A DNA stretch of 64,000 nt from the human T2T-CHM13v2.0 reference genome, Homo sapiens, in the NCBI RefSeq assembly GCF_009914755.1, contig NC_060934.1; one strand, given 5' to 3'. The notes below the pieces were generated by a model. The model was given only the letters and a program-made list of their open reading frames with translations, did not search any database and was not told the origin of the DNA. Of the stretch, positions 27,563 through 42,999 are shown one piece after another. The position numbers and the translations under genes were made by a program. Each line of letters starts with the position of its first letter. The first letter of the stretch is position 1.

Positions 27563-28480
27563 CACCAGATCTGTGAGGTTGCACGTTGCGGCACCTCTGG
27601 CTTCTGGCTTCCCCCAGGAGGGCAGTTGTTGCTGTTGGTTGAGGTGTTGCCTGGACCAGCTCTGGGACCTCTGTTGCCCCTCCAGTGTGCAGCCAGTGAG
27701 AACTCGCTCCTCTTGTCTGGGGTTTATTGTTGTTATTTCTTTTTCAGCTTAGCTTCCTGGGGTCACCCCTGCATCTGCATAGCTCAGTGGTCAACTAATG
27801 ATGGGTCAGAATTTGTGCTCAAATACTGTGCCCCAGTCAAGCCCCACCCACTGCTGATGGATGTGTGTGGGCTCAGAGGTGCATTCAAAGTTCAGGGAGC
27901 TTTTGAGCCTGCTCCACTTTTGCTGTCTACGGAGCCTGCTTCCATCTTCACTCTCCTGTATGCGGCTCCTAGCAGGAGCCTTTCTTGTATCTCCTGGGAC
28001 CCTTTCTTGTATCTCCTGGTTAAATGTCCGGCTAGTCTGTCACTGCTGACACCCAGACCAGATGTTTCAGACTCATGGAACAGCCTGCCACACTTGCACA
28101 CTGACCACTGGGATGGCTGCTCATTTCAGACAGTGTCCAGCCAGCCCCTTCAACAGCACAGCTGTCGGCAATCCACAGCTGCCCTGGCCTGTCAGACGAC
28201 CACCAGAGCTGGGCAGGGATGCTGGCAGCAGGCAGGAGTCACCCCGAACAGGAATGCCTCAGAGCCCCCTTGCCCTTAGCCAGAGGCTGGCCGTTGGTCA
28301 TGAATAAGTGCACCTCAGCCTGGTGGAAGGCTTTGGTCCACTGCCAGGGCACTGGAATGGTCGTTTCGGTCACTTGTCCATTTTGTGATTGCTTCAGGGG
28401 CAGCAGGCTTGGAGCCTCCTCTCTCCACCATGCCAGGAGACCCTTGTCTCATACATGTCCAGTTCTGAGTCCACTCCCCT
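27563..28480 (-). mobile_element. Possible L1M 5'-region fragment
   Basis: GTGGTCAACTAATGATGGGTCAGAATTTGTGCTCAAA...GGATGTGTGTGGG...GCATTCAAAGTTCAGG resembles recalled L1M 5' consensus and abuts the L1. Confidence 0.4.
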
Positions 28481-29099
28481 GGCTGGGTGTCAGTAGAGCT
28501 GGTCTGTTTCCCTCTCAGCTCTGAGCCAGCCCTGTTGTGGGATGCACACTCCTCCATCTTCCTGAGGCTGCCTCTGCTGATGCAAATAGAAGAGGCCTGA
28601 CAAAGGGATCTCTACGTCCACAGCCAGCTCTGAAGTCCCATTAACTCAAGGAATTCAACATGAAAATTATTCATTGGTAAAATTCAAGTCCATGGAATAT
28701 TTCAGAATCACTCAGCTCTTACTCATGAGAACACTTTTCTTTTCTTCTAGATGAAAGTGAATACAGCTATTTCTCTCTGCTTCCATCTCAAAACAGTCTC
28801 CATTGTGAGTCTCCATCTGGGTATGCCCCTCCCTTCCTTGCTGTATTTAATGCACGATTAGGCAGATGTGAAGCAGCGCTGCTTTAATCCCAGGTCACTA
28901 GAAAATCCTATCTTTCTAACAGTAATCCCACATTTGGGAATTCTAGGTTGAACTCTCCTGAGCTTATTTTACTTTTTCTTGATGGCTGCAAGACTTTGTC
29001 ATAGGAATGTTATTGCACCCATGACAACATGGATGTGTCCTCAGGTACCCTGTCTCTGCATGGTGACACCAGCTTTAGAGTTCTTATGTCCAATGGCAC

Positions 29100-29625
29100 T
29101 GTGTCTCAGGTCTCTGTCTCTCGCTCCTTCTCTCATTCTTTGTCATTATCTCTGTCTCTCTCTCTCTCTTCCTTTGTCTCTGCCTTCCTCTCCCTGTGTC
29201 TCTCTCCATCTGTCACTCTGTCTCTCTCTCACACTCTTTTATTCTCTGTCTCTTTTCCTGTCTCTGTCTTTCTCTCCTTCTGTCTCTCTCCGTCTCTCAC
29301 TCTCTCTGTCTCTCTCTCTTCATCTCTTTCTCTCCTTCTGTCTCTCTATATCTCTCACTCTGTCTCTCTATCTCCCTCTCTCTCTTCCTCTGTCTCTCTC
29401 TTTCAGTCCCTCTGTCTCTCCCCATCTCTCACTCTCTCTCTCCCTCCGTCTGTCTTTCTCTCCTGATGTCTCTCCCGATCTCTCACTCTGTCTCTCTGTC
29501 TCTCTCTCTTCCTCTGTCTCTGTCCTTCTCTCCCTCTCTCTCTCTCCATCTCTCACTCTCTCTGTCTCTCTCTGACTCTCTCTCTTCTCCTCCCTCCCCA
29601 CTCTTCTCCCTACCCCTGTCACTTC
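29100..29625. repeat. About 500-bp (CT)n/(TCTG)n polypyrimidine tract
   Basis: Degenerate TCTCTC/TCTG run; source of the SLSL ORFs. Confidence 0.95.
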
Positions 29626-30254
29626 TTGCTTCTGGTTGTTGTCTGTTTCTTCTGCATCACACCTGCTCCTTTCCTCTCACAGGAACCTGCTCCCACTCAC
29701 GATGGATGAACACCAATGAGTAGAACAAACCGTGTGTAGTGGTTTGGTGCTAATGACAGAGCCACTGACAGAGCCATGATGCGACTCCTCAGAAGCTCCC
29801 CTCAACTAATCAGCAGCCTCAGCTTTACCTCTAACTAGGTTTCATGCTTCTCACTGGCGACCTATTTTAGCCATCGCAGAGACTACTACTATAATCTGAC
29901 TGTATGCATGAACGACTGAGCAAAAAAAAAAGTTAAAGAGTTCCATGTAACTCATTCTTCATACGATCCATTAGAAGCGTTTAAAGCTGCCTTTTGATGT
30001 TTATAAGGTCTGTCTATTTATCTTTTAGTCGGATATATGACTCATACCATGAATTTAATTTAAATTTTATATTTTGGTATCTTACATCAAGTTGATCTGC
30101 TAGGATGCATGTGTACTGTGTTAAATCACCCTCGTGTGGTTTGTAGGAAACAGCTAATTAGTCTGAAGGACAGTGAATCTGAAAGGTTTTCAACTCACTA
30201 CAGGAACAGAGCTACTTCTTTAAGGATTTTTTAATGTTTACCTGTGACAGCCCC

Positions 30255-30745
30255 TTAGGCTGTTTTCATATCTGGCTATCATGAATAACCCGGTGATGAA
30301 AATGAGAATACAGATATCTGTACCCGAGAGTGGTTTTGTTTTCTTTGGATATATGTCCAGAAATGGGATTGCTGGTTCGTGGACTGGCTCTATTTTTAAT
30401 TTGTTGAGAAGCCTCCAGGCTGTTTTCCACAATGGCTGTACCAATTCACCTTCCCACCACAGTGTGCAAGGGTGCCCTTTCCCCACCTTCACCAGAACCG
30501 GCTATACTTTGACTTTTTGATAAGAGGCATCTTAGCAGGTGTTCAATGATACCTACTGTGGTTTGGATTTGCATTTCCCTGGCGATTAGTGATGCTGAGC
30601 ACATTTGTGTGGCCCTGCGGGCCACGTGTATGTCTTCTTTGGCAAAATTTCTATTCAGGTTCTTTGCCCATCTTTTTAAATCAGATTACCTGTTTTTTGC
30701 TATTGAGTTGTTTCAATTCCTTACATATTTTAGATACGAATGCTT
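30255..30745 (-). mobile_element. L1M ORF2 C-terminal fragment
   Basis: Minus-strand peptide LVQPLWKTAWRLLNKLKIEPVHEPAIPFLDIYPKK, typical of the L1 ORF2 C-terminus. Confidence 0.9.
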
Positions 30746-33700
30746 TTATGGAATCTAAAGTTTATGTTTTCCAAATGCTTGGTTCACTTAGCACCATTAA
30801 CATTGACAGCCTCATGAGATCTTTGCTAATCACCAGCTCTCTCTTCAGCATTTTAGTACCGTGGGGAGGTCGGTCATGCATCCCATCACCCACACGGAGG
30901 AGAGGCGGAGCTGGAGGCTGCTTGGGGCATGGGAAGGTGAAGTTGATCCCCCCTCTTCTGGGAAGAAATGCAGGACTAATGTCGATGCAGCAAAGAAGGG
31001 ATTTGGGGTGTCCGGAACAGAGGGCTTGATTAGGAATTGCTGGGATTGTGGGGCAACCCTGTGCCCTACAGAGGGGCCTCCAATCTGACATTCCCTGGGC
31101 TGAAAGAAGTTAAATATACAAGCTCTACAGCCTGTTCTATCACAAGGGCCAGCTCCAAAACCTGCCTCAAGTGATGAGGGTGAGATGCTCCTGCCAGGCA
31201 GACTCCGAATTCTAAGGAACAGAATTGTTGGTTGCTGACATTGTCCGTGCGTGAGCTGGTACTTTCCCTGAAGGAGCAGTTTCCTTGATGGTACCGCTCT
31301 GCAGAATGCTGCTACATGCCGCTGATTTGGGAGAGGAGGTTGCTCCTGAGAGGATGACTATTGCAGTAATTAGTTACAGGGAATGTGCTTCAATCTTGCT
31401 CAAAAATGCATCGCCTGGGAGCATTCCTCAGGGTCTGGACTCACCCTCCACCATGGACCCATCAGAAGGCCCTGAGTTCTCGCTCCCCCGGCATCTGGAT
31501 CCCCAACCTGTGCACTCCAGGCCTGCTAACCCCTTCTGAGCTACTGAGCCTGAGTTCTCAGGGTTCTCCTCGGATCCACTCTAGTCCGACTCCTTTTATT
31601 CTGTCCTCTGCATTGCGGCACCCATTGCTTGCTTAAAACAAATGAGATCAATAGTTTGTTGGCTCTCTTCACAGTCAAGAGCTCCTTTCCATGGTTCACA
31701 ACATCCTATGTGGCCCACCTGGTCACCCTCTCCAATCTTGTAGCCCAGGGCCCTCCCCTGGCCTCACCAGCTGGGCTCCTCTTGGTTTCTTCCCAGCTGC
31801 TCGTGGTAAATTGCCATCCCCATAGAACAAGCATCCCTCACCACGGGGGCCAGGCCAGTCCCTACTTGTCCCTCAGAACTTGGCTTAAACCCTCCCATGG
31901 GCTTCCCTTCCTGGCCACACCGCAGAGATGGCCTCGCCTGGCTGCTGTCTACCTCAGAACCCTGTGTGCCTTCTGCCCTAGGTTCTAAAGAAGAGATTCG
32001 ATAACTTTGTTAATCTCACTGTCTTTCTTTTTTACTTTTCATATAATCCCTCAGTAGGCTAAGAGCAGAAGCTCCTGCCATGATATTTAGATGGAGGGCT
32101 TGGGGGCTGTGGTCAATTAGTTTTATGATTTGGGAGGGAAATGCAGAGATTAGCCCCTTCCTATCTTGTAAGACTATTTTTTAGAGGAGTTTTAGGCTTA
32201 TGACAAAATTAATTCTATCCATCTCCCACAGGTGCACAGCCCCCCATAAGAAACTTCCCTCCCAGAGTGGGGCATTTGTTACCCCTGAGGAATCTACATC
32301 GACACATGGCCAACCAGACTCCATGGCCCACTTTAGCTCCGCTCTTGGTATTGACATTCCGTGAGCCTGTGCAAATCTCTAATGACTGTATCCACCACTA
32401 AAGTATCACACACAGTAGTTTCACTGCCATGAAAGTCCCCTGCGCTGCACCTGCTCATCCTTCCCTCCCCAACCCCCAATAACCACTGATCTTTTTACTG
32501 TCTTCATAATTTTGCCCTTTCCAGAATGTCCTATATTTGGAATCATACATAATGTAGCCTTTTCAGATTGGCCTCTTTCACTTAGCAACATGTATTTAAG
32601 CTCCCTCCATGTCTTTTCATGGCTTGATAGCTCATTTCTTTTTAGAGCTGAATAGCACTCCCCAGTATGGATGAACTACAGTTCATTTCTCTATTCACCT
32701 CCTGAAGGACATCTTGGTTGCTTCCAAGTTTTAGCAGCTATTAATAACGCTGTTATAAATATCTGTGTGCAGATTTTTGTGTGAACATAAATTTTCATCT
32801 CCTTTGGGTAAATACCAAGGAATGTCATGGCTAGATTATATGTAAGAGTATATTTTGTTTTGTAAAAAACCCCCAGATTGTCTTTTTGCATTTCCATGAA
32901 CAATGAGTGTGAGTTCCTGCTGCCTCACTCAGTCACCAGCCTTTGGGGTTGTCCGTGTTCCAGATTCCGGCCATTCTAATGGTGTGTGCAGTGGTGTCTT
33001 ATTGTTGTTTGAATTTGCATTTCCCTGATGATATATGGCATGGAGCATCTTTTCATATGCTCATCTGCCATCTATAGATCTTTGGTGAGATGTCTGTTGA
33101 TATCTTTGGCCCATTTTTAAATCAAGTCCTTTTCTTATTGCTTAATTTTAAGACTTCTTTGCATATTTTGAATTAGAGTCCTTTATCATAGGTGTCTTTT
33201 GCAAATATTTTGTCCAAGTCTGTTGCTTCTCTTCTTATTCTCTTGCCATTTTCTTTCATCAAGCAGAAGTGTTTAAGGTTAACTAGGTCCAGCTGATCAA
33301 TTATTTCCTTCATGGATCATGGTTTTGGTGCTGGATCTAAAAAGCCATCACCATGCCAAGATCACCTAGGCTTTCTCCTCTGTTATCTCTTAGGTGTTTT
33401 ATAGCTTTGCTTTGTTCATTTATGTCTATGATTCATTTTAAGTTGGTTTTGGGGAAGGGTGTAAGGTCTATCTGGATTCATTTTTTTGCATATTGATGTC
33501 TCGTTCTGACACCATCTGTTGAAAAGTCTATCTGTGCACCATTGTATTGGCTTTGCTCCTTTTCAGCAATTGTAAAAGATCGGTTGACTATATTTGTGTA
33601 GGTCTGTTTCTGAAATCTCTATTCCATTCCATTGATCCATTTGTCTGTTTTTTTTTTTACCAATACCATGTGGTCTTGATTTCTGTAGCTTTACAATAAG

Positions 33701-34038
33701 TCTTGAAGCGGGGTAGTGTCAATCTTCCAATTTTCTTCTTCAATGTTGTGTAAGCTATTCTGGGTTCTTTTCCTCTCCACATCAACTTTAGATTCAGTTT
33801 GTGAATATCTAAAAAATAACTTTCTGGGATTTTGATTGAGATTGCATTGAAGCTGTAGATCGAGTTGGAAAGAACTGACATCTTGGCAATATCAAATCTT
33901 CTTATTCATAAATGTTGATAATCTCTCCATGTATTTAACTCTTATTTCACTCATCAGAGTTTTGTAATTTTCTTTATGTATATCTTGTACATATTTTGTT
34001 AGATTTATGCCTAAGTGCTTCCTGTTTGAGAGTGCTAA

Positions 34039-34368
<330 letters not shown>

Positions 34369-35089
34369 AATAATACTATTTTTAAATTTCATATTCCACT
34401 TGTTATTGCTGATATGTAGGAAAGTGATTGACTTTTGTATATTAACCTTGTATCTTGCAACCTTGCTATAATCACTTAGTAGTTTCACAAGTTTTTTTGT
34501 CAATGCTTTCAGATTTCTACATAGATGATCATGTCATCTGCAAACAAATACAGTTTTATCTCTTCCCTCCCAATATGTCTACCTTTTTATTCTTGTCTTA
34601 CTGTATTAACTAAGCCTTTCAGTACAGTGTTTGAAAAGGAGTGGTGAGTAGGGATATTCTTGCCTTGCTCTTGGTCTCAGTGGGAAAGCTTCAAGTTTAT
34701 CACCATTAAATATGATGTTAACTGTAGGTTTTTCATAGATAATTCTTTATCAAGCTGAGGAAGTCCTTCTCTGTTCCCAGTTTACTGAAAGTTTTTATTA
34801 CAAAGGAGTACTGTATTTTGCCATATTTTGTTGCATTTTCTGCAGCTATTAATATGATCTCTTTTTTTCCTTTTTAGCCTGTTTCTGTGATGGATTACAT
34901 TAATTGATTTTTGAATGTTGAACCAGTCTTGCATACCTGGGATAATTTCCAGTTGGTCATGATACATAATTTTTGATATATTATTGAGTTTGTTTTGCTA
35001 ATATTTTGTGGAGGATTTGGGATTTATGTTCATGAGAGATTTTGATGTAGAGTTTTCCTTTTCTAAAATGTCTGGTTTTGGTATTAGGG

Positions 35090-35793
35090 TATATTAGTCC
35101 ATTTTTATACTGCTATGAAGAAATACCTGAGACTGGGTAATTTATAAAGAAAAGGAGTTTTAATGGACTCACAGTTCCACATGGCTGGAGAGGCCTCATA
35201 ATTATGGCAGAAGGTGAAGGAGGAGCAAAGGCATCTTACATGGCAGCAGGCAAAACAGAATGTGTGCAGGGGAAATGCCCTTTATAAAACCATCAGATCT
35301 TGGCCGGGCGCAGTGGCTCGAGCCTGTAATCCCAGCACTTTGGGAGGCCGGGGCGGGCGGATCATGAGGTCAGGAGATCGAGACCATCCTGGCTAACACA
35401 GTGAAACCCTGTCTCTACTAAAAATACAAAAATTAGCCGGGCATGGTGGCGGGTGCTTTTAGTCCCAGCTATGTGGAGGCTGAGGCTGGAGAATGGCGTG
35501 AACCTGGGAGGCGGAACTTGCAGTGAGCTGAGAGCACGCCTCTGCACTCCAGCCTGGGCGACAGAGCAAGACTATGTCTCAAAAAAAAAAAAAAAAGAAT
35601 AAAAATTAAAAAAAAAAAAAAAAAAGAAAACCATCAGCTCTCATGAGACTTATTCACTATCATGAGAATAGCAGGGGAAAAACCCACTCTATGATTCCAT
35701 CACCTCCCACCGGGTCCCTCCCATGACACGTGAGGATTGTGGGAGCCACAATTCAAGATGAGATTTGGGTGGGGACACAGACAAACCCTATCA
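35090..35793 (-). mobile_element. THE1 (THE1C-like) solo LTR inside the L1, split by an AluY
   Basis: TATATTAGTCC...GGACTCACAGTTCCACATGGCTGG...GAGATTTGGGTGGGGACACAG...TATCA; 5-bp TSD TAGGG at 35085 and 35794. Confidence 0.93.
35302..35627 (+). mobile_element. Full-length AluY inside the THE1 LTR
   Basis: GAGATCGAGACCATCCTGGCTAACAC and GAATGGCGTGAACC; TSD AAAACCATCAG(A/C)TCT. Confidence 0.96.
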
Positions 35794-37335
35794 TAGGGTA
35801 TTACTGCCTTCCCAGAATGCATTAGAAAGTTTTCCCTCTGCTTCCATTCTCTAAAAGAGATCTTAGATAACTGGTAAAATATCTTCCTTAAATGTTCGGT
35901 AAAATTCATTAATAAACCCATTTGGCCCTGGGGCTTTCTGATTTGGAAGGTTATTAATTATTGATTCAATCTCTTTAATAGACATAGGCCTGTTCAGACT
36001 GTTTATTTCTTTTTTGTGATTTTTGGCAAATTGTGTTCTCAGGGATTTGGTCCATTTTAAATGGGATTTCAAATTTGTGGGTATAGAGTTGTTCATAGCA
36101 TTTTTAAAATCATTCTTTTAATTCCCATAGGATCTGTAGTGATATCTCTCTTTCTTTTCTGATATTAGAAGTTTGTGTCCTCTCTCTATTTTGGTTTTGT
36201 TGATTTTCTCTGTCCATTTCCTGTTTTCAATTTTATTGATCTCAGCTTTAATTTTTAACCACTTTTTTCTGCTGCTTACTTTGGATTTTACTTGCTCTTC
36301 TTTACTTGTTTCTTAAGTTGGACACTTAAATTGTTGATTTTAGATCTTTCTCTTTTTCTAATATATGAATTCAATGCTATGAATTTCCTTCTAAAAACTC
36401 CTTTCACTGCATCACAGTTTTGGTATGTTGTGTTTTCATTTTTATTTTGTTTAAACATTTCTAAATTTCTCTTAAGCTTTCTTTTTTTACTCACATGTTA
36501 AGATGCCAATTATTTCCAGGTTATTGCTGGTGTTGCTGAGTTCACCTATGTCTTTACTGATTTTTCTGCCCCTTGGAACTGTCCATTTCTGACAGAGGGT
36601 GTTGAAGTCCACAACAGTGTGTTCATCTATTTTTCCATGCAGTTCTATTAGCTTTTGCCTCATTGGCTTGACTCCGTTCTTAATCACGTTAAGGATTGTT
36701 AGATATACTTGGGGAACTGATACCTTTATCATTATGTAATGCCCTGTTTATTTCTGGTAGCTTTCCTAGCTTATTCTGTCTGCATTAATACATCTTCTAC
36801 TTTCTTTTCATTGGTTGTAGCATGGCATATATTTCCCCCATCCATTTACTTTTAATCTATACGTTTCTTTTAAGTTAAAGTGGGTTTCTTATAGATAACA
36901 TGTAGTTGGGTCTTGCTTTTTCATTCACTCTGATAATCTTTGTCTTTCAATGGGTGCATTTGGACCATTGACATTCAAAGTGATGATTGATATAGTTGGA
37001 TTAATATCTACCATACTTGATATTGTTTTTTATTTGTTGCCTTTATACCTTGCTCCTATTTTTGTCTTCCACTCTTTTCTAACCTTTTAGTTGATTTTGA
37101 TTGAGATTTTATATAATTCCATTTTCTCTCCTTTCTTATCAGGTCAATCACATTCTTTTTTTTAACCTTTTTTTTAGTAGTTTTTCTAGAGTTTGCAATA
37201 TAGATTTACAACTAATCTAAGCCCACTTTTGAAAAACACTACACCACTTCACAGGTAACGTGAGTACCTTAAAACAACCAAATAAGCCTAATTACCCCTC
37301 AGTCCCTGTGTCATTGCTGTCATTCATTTCATTGA

Positions 37336-37819
<484 letters not shown>

Positions 37820-38673
37820 CTCTTTGTTTTTCTAATGCAGATCTGAGATTCTGGCCTTTTTATTCTCCTTCTCTCTAAAGGATCTTTTAAAATATTTTTT
37901 GTAAGACGGGTCTACTGTCAACAAATTCCCTCAATTTTTGTTTGTCTGAGAAAGTCTTTATTTCTCCCTCACTTTTGAAGGGTAATTCTGCAGGGTACAG
38001 ATTTCTGTGCCGGGGTGTTTTTTCCTCTAAATACTTCAAATATTTCACTGCACTCTCTTCTTGCTTACTTGGTTTCTGAGAAGAAGACAGAATTAATTCT
38101 CATCTTTTTTCCTCTACAGGTAAAGTGTTGGGTTTTTTTCCTCCCTTTAGCTTTTTTCAGGACTTTTTTTTAATCCTTGCTTTTCTGTGTTTGAAAATAG
38201 CATGTCTAGGTGTAGGCTTGGGGTCACAGACCCTGCTTGGTGAGCTACACTTCATGGATAGGTAGTTTGGTGTCTGATATTAATTTGTGGAAGTTCTCAG
38301 ACGCTATTGTTTCCAGTATTTCTTCTCTTCCTTCTCTCTTTCTTCTCTTGCTGATATTCTCATTAATCTTTGTTACACCTTTCGTGGCTGTCCCACAGCC
38401 CTTTGATACTATGGTCTGTTCTTTTCATTCTTTGTTCTTTTTGCTTTTCAGTTTCCAGAGTTTCTATGGGTGTGTCCTCGAGCTCACACGGTCGTTCCTC
38501 AGCGGCGTCCAGTCTACTAATAAGCCCTGCTCATTTCTGCCCCTGCATTTTTATCTCTTCTGTTTCTTTTTCCTTCTTTCTTAGGACTTCTATCTCTCTG
38601 CTAAAATTGCCCATCTGTTCTTAAGTGCTGCCTGTTTTACCCATCAGAGCCCTTAGCATTTTAATCGTACTCA

Positions 38674-39935
<1,262 letters not shown>

Positions 39936-41394
39936 ACAGTTGTTTTAAATTCACTGTCTGATCATTCTAAAATCTCTGCCATGTCTGGTTTTGTCTCTCC
40001 AAATTGTGCTTTTTTGCCTTTTAATATGCCTTATAATTTTTTTGATATGCAGACACAATGCGCCAAATGCAAGAAACTTCCATACGGACCTTGGTGATGT
40101 GGCGGTGCGGCGCTGGGTAGGGGAGAGCAGCCTATAGTCCTGCGAGTAGGTCTCCGGCTTCCCGAGAGCCTGTGTCTCACTTCACAAGCACACGCCTCTG
40201 TTGTCCCTCCCAGCTTAGATGGGACAGAACAGCCTCAGTGGGCTGAGCTGGGTATTTCCCTTCCCTTGGGGAAGACCGTGACATGTGGAAGGTGACCTTG
40301 TGTTTCAGAGGTCGGGAGGCCAGATCAAGGGGTGTCTACTCCAGAAAGATCACCACGAACTTCTGAACAATGAGGTCCCATGACTGAGCCTGTGCCGAGC
40401 ACAGAGGCAACTGGTGGTGGTCATGCTGCCGATGGACAGATGATGCTGGGGCCTGGGAGCGACTCTGGGGGAGGCCACAGGGCAGGTGCTTGTCTCCAGG
40501 GCATGGAGCCAGGAAGTCTTCCCACCGGAGGCCACCAGCAGAGGAGAGCATTTCCTTCCATTCCTGGTGGCTCCAGCTGTCCCCATCCCGAATACAGAAT
40601 GATTGTCTGTCCCAAAGCACCTCCGGAACCCGGCACAGGTGCCACTGAGCCAGGCGGTGCCCCAGCGCAGCTCTCTCATTCCATGAGGTTCCGCTTCACA
40701 GCCCCAGGTAAGCCCAGTGCTGAGAGGCTGCTGCCTCCCACCTGAAAGAAGGAGCAGCCCAGCCCCAGCCGCAGGGGCACAGGGATGGCAGGGATGGCAG
40801 GGCTGGAGGGAGGCTCCGCAATGGCAGTGAGAAGTGGCCTCTCTGTCCAGGGACTTCAGCGGGCTCCATATGTTCTCCAGGTCTTGGCACCTAGTGACTC
40901 AGGACACCCAGCAGCTGAGGACATGGCCACCGGCCCTCTGGGTGTGCAGAGCTTGTTGGCAGAGCCACACCAAGATGGCCCAGGCAGAGTCCACACTGTG
41001 CAGGCCGGGCTTGGGTGTGCAGGGAACTCTGAGGACCCTTCCAGATGCTCCAACCGAAGGACACACACGCCCCTCCCCCAACCCAACCCCCACCCATACC
41101 CCTCCCCCTCCCAGCCCACGTGTGCCCTCCCTGCACACACGCAGCCTGTGGCTCTGCCTCAAAGGCCCTCTCAGAGCAGGGCTGGAACAGGTGTGCTGAG
41201 TTTTCTCCAGCAGGAAACAAAGGAGAGCGTCTTGGGAATTCTGGAATTACAAACACACCCAGGGGGCTCCAAGAGGGGTGCATGGGCCCTGGACAAATGC
41301 TCGAGGGGCAGCAGCAGGGTAGAGGCAGCATCCCGGGGTCCTCAGGTCCCAACTTCAGCAGCTGGAGCCAGAATCAGCATCCTCAAATGCCCTT

Positions 41395-41908
41395 TGTGTT
41401 AGTCAGGGTTCTCTAGAGGGCCAAGACTAATTGGATGGGTGGATGTGTGAAGGGGAGCTTACTAAGGAGTACTGAGTCACACAATCACAACGGGAAGTCC
41501 CACAATGGGCTGTCTGCAAGCTGAGGAGCGGGGAAGCCAGTCCGAGTACCAAAACCTCAAAAGTAAGGAAGCTGGCAGTGCAGCCTTCAGTCTGTGGCCG
41601 AAGGTCCAAGAGACCAAAAGCTGAAGAACCTGGAGCCTGATGTCTGAGGGCAGGAAGCATCCAGCATGGGAGGAAGATGAAGGCTGGGAGTCTCAGCGAG
41701 TCACCTCATTCCTTCTCCTGCCTGCTTTATTCTAGCTGTGCTGGCAGCCGATTAGATGGTGCCCACCCAGATTGAGGGTGGGTCTGCCTCTCCCAGCCCA
41801 CTGACTCAAATGTTCATCTCCTTTGGCAACACCCTCACAGACAGACCCAGGATCAATACTTTGCATCCTTCAATCCAATCAAGTTGACACTCAGTATTCA
41901 CCATCACA
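41395..41908 (-). mobile_element. MLT2A (MLT2A2-like, HERVL) solo LTR
   Basis: TG...CA termini, GTTAGTCAGGGTTCTCTAGAGGG and CAATCCAATCAAGTTGACACTCAGTATTCACCATCACA; 5-bp TSD CCCTT at 41390 and 41909. Confidence 0.93.
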
Positions 41909-42780
41909 CCCTTCCATGTGGGAAGGCATTGGTGGGGTCTGGGAACCTTGGTGGGGTCTGGGATGGGAAGATGAAGGACAAACCCGCCCACATCCATGAG
42001 GCACTCCAGCTCTGCAGAGCTTAGGATGCGGGTTCTTTAAATGTCTCCCACCACCCACACAGCCATACCCCCACCCAGGCCTGCCCCGGGCGCCGAGTGG
42101 GCAGTGCAACGTGGTGCCTGGGGCTGCACAGAGCCTATCCGGCCATGTCCTTCCTTGGTGAGCTCGGCAGCAGTGGGTCATCCCGCGTGGGGGCTTCCTG
42201 GAGCCGGCCCCTTCCTGCACTCAGGGAAGATGCCTCCCACCCAGAAAGCATGGCAGCATCTGCACAGGCCAGCTGGAGAAGCTAAACAGATAATTACCTC
42301 CACCAGCGTCGTGGTGAGCCCAGTTATTACAGCGCTGATTAATTACCTCCAACACACACACTGAGGGACATTGAAGCTGCAGGAAAGAGCGTTGGCCCGA
42401 AATCCGAAAGGAGAACATCCCTCTCCTGCACAGACTGCCCGGCTGAATGGTGCCCCACACATCGAATTATGGAGAATTTTCAAAAATAATAAAATGGCAT
42501 TGATTTATGTGGTCAGTTAGCACCTCGGTTCCGCTGCGTGTGGTGTAGACTTGCGGCCTAGAGGTCAGGGTGCATGCTGGACGGTTCGTTCAAGAAGGCC
42601 TGGGGACACTGTTTGTTTCCGGCCCATGGACTTGAAACTCATCCTAAAATGTACACTTTTATTGTTTTTTCCTATGAGCACAGCTCCTCTCCAGCATGCT
42701 GACAGTGACACTTAAACCCAGCGAGGGTGCGTTCACCAGTGGGGCTTGGAGACCGCAGAGCAGCCTGACGGAGCGGGACT

Positions 42781-42999
42781 CCAGGCACAAGGGTGACCCA
42801 CAGCCTCTCCAGGCATGAGGGTGACGTGTGACCTCAGGGCATGAGGGTGACCCACAGCCTCTTCAGGCACGAGGGTGACGTGTGACCTCAGGGCACAAGG
42901 GTGACGCACGGCCTCTCCAAGCATGAGGGTGACGTGTGATCTCCAGGCATGAGAGTGACGCGTGGCCTCTCCAGGCACAAGGGTGACGTGTGGCCTCTC
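42781..42999. repeat. Minisatellite of 8 monomers alternating 28/26 bp (54-bp dimer)
   Basis: G(G/A)GTGAC core at 42791, 42819, 42845, 42873, 42899, 42927, 42953, 42981. Confidence 0.92.

Noticed and set aside
28979-29723. SLSL-rich ORFs (and the PSFL-rich ORFs at 5289-6037)
   Set aside because: Translation of CT-rich low-complexity tracts
29700-29932. Possible snoRNA or small-RNA retrocopy before a short A run
   Set aside because: No proper C box, terminal stem or TSD, and no recognisable RNA family
35181-35196. PRDM9 hotspot motif in the THE1/MST LTRs
   Set aside because: The minus strand reads CCTCTCCAGCCAT here and CCTCCCCAGCCAT at about 19735; neither matches the hot CCTCCCTAGCCAC form
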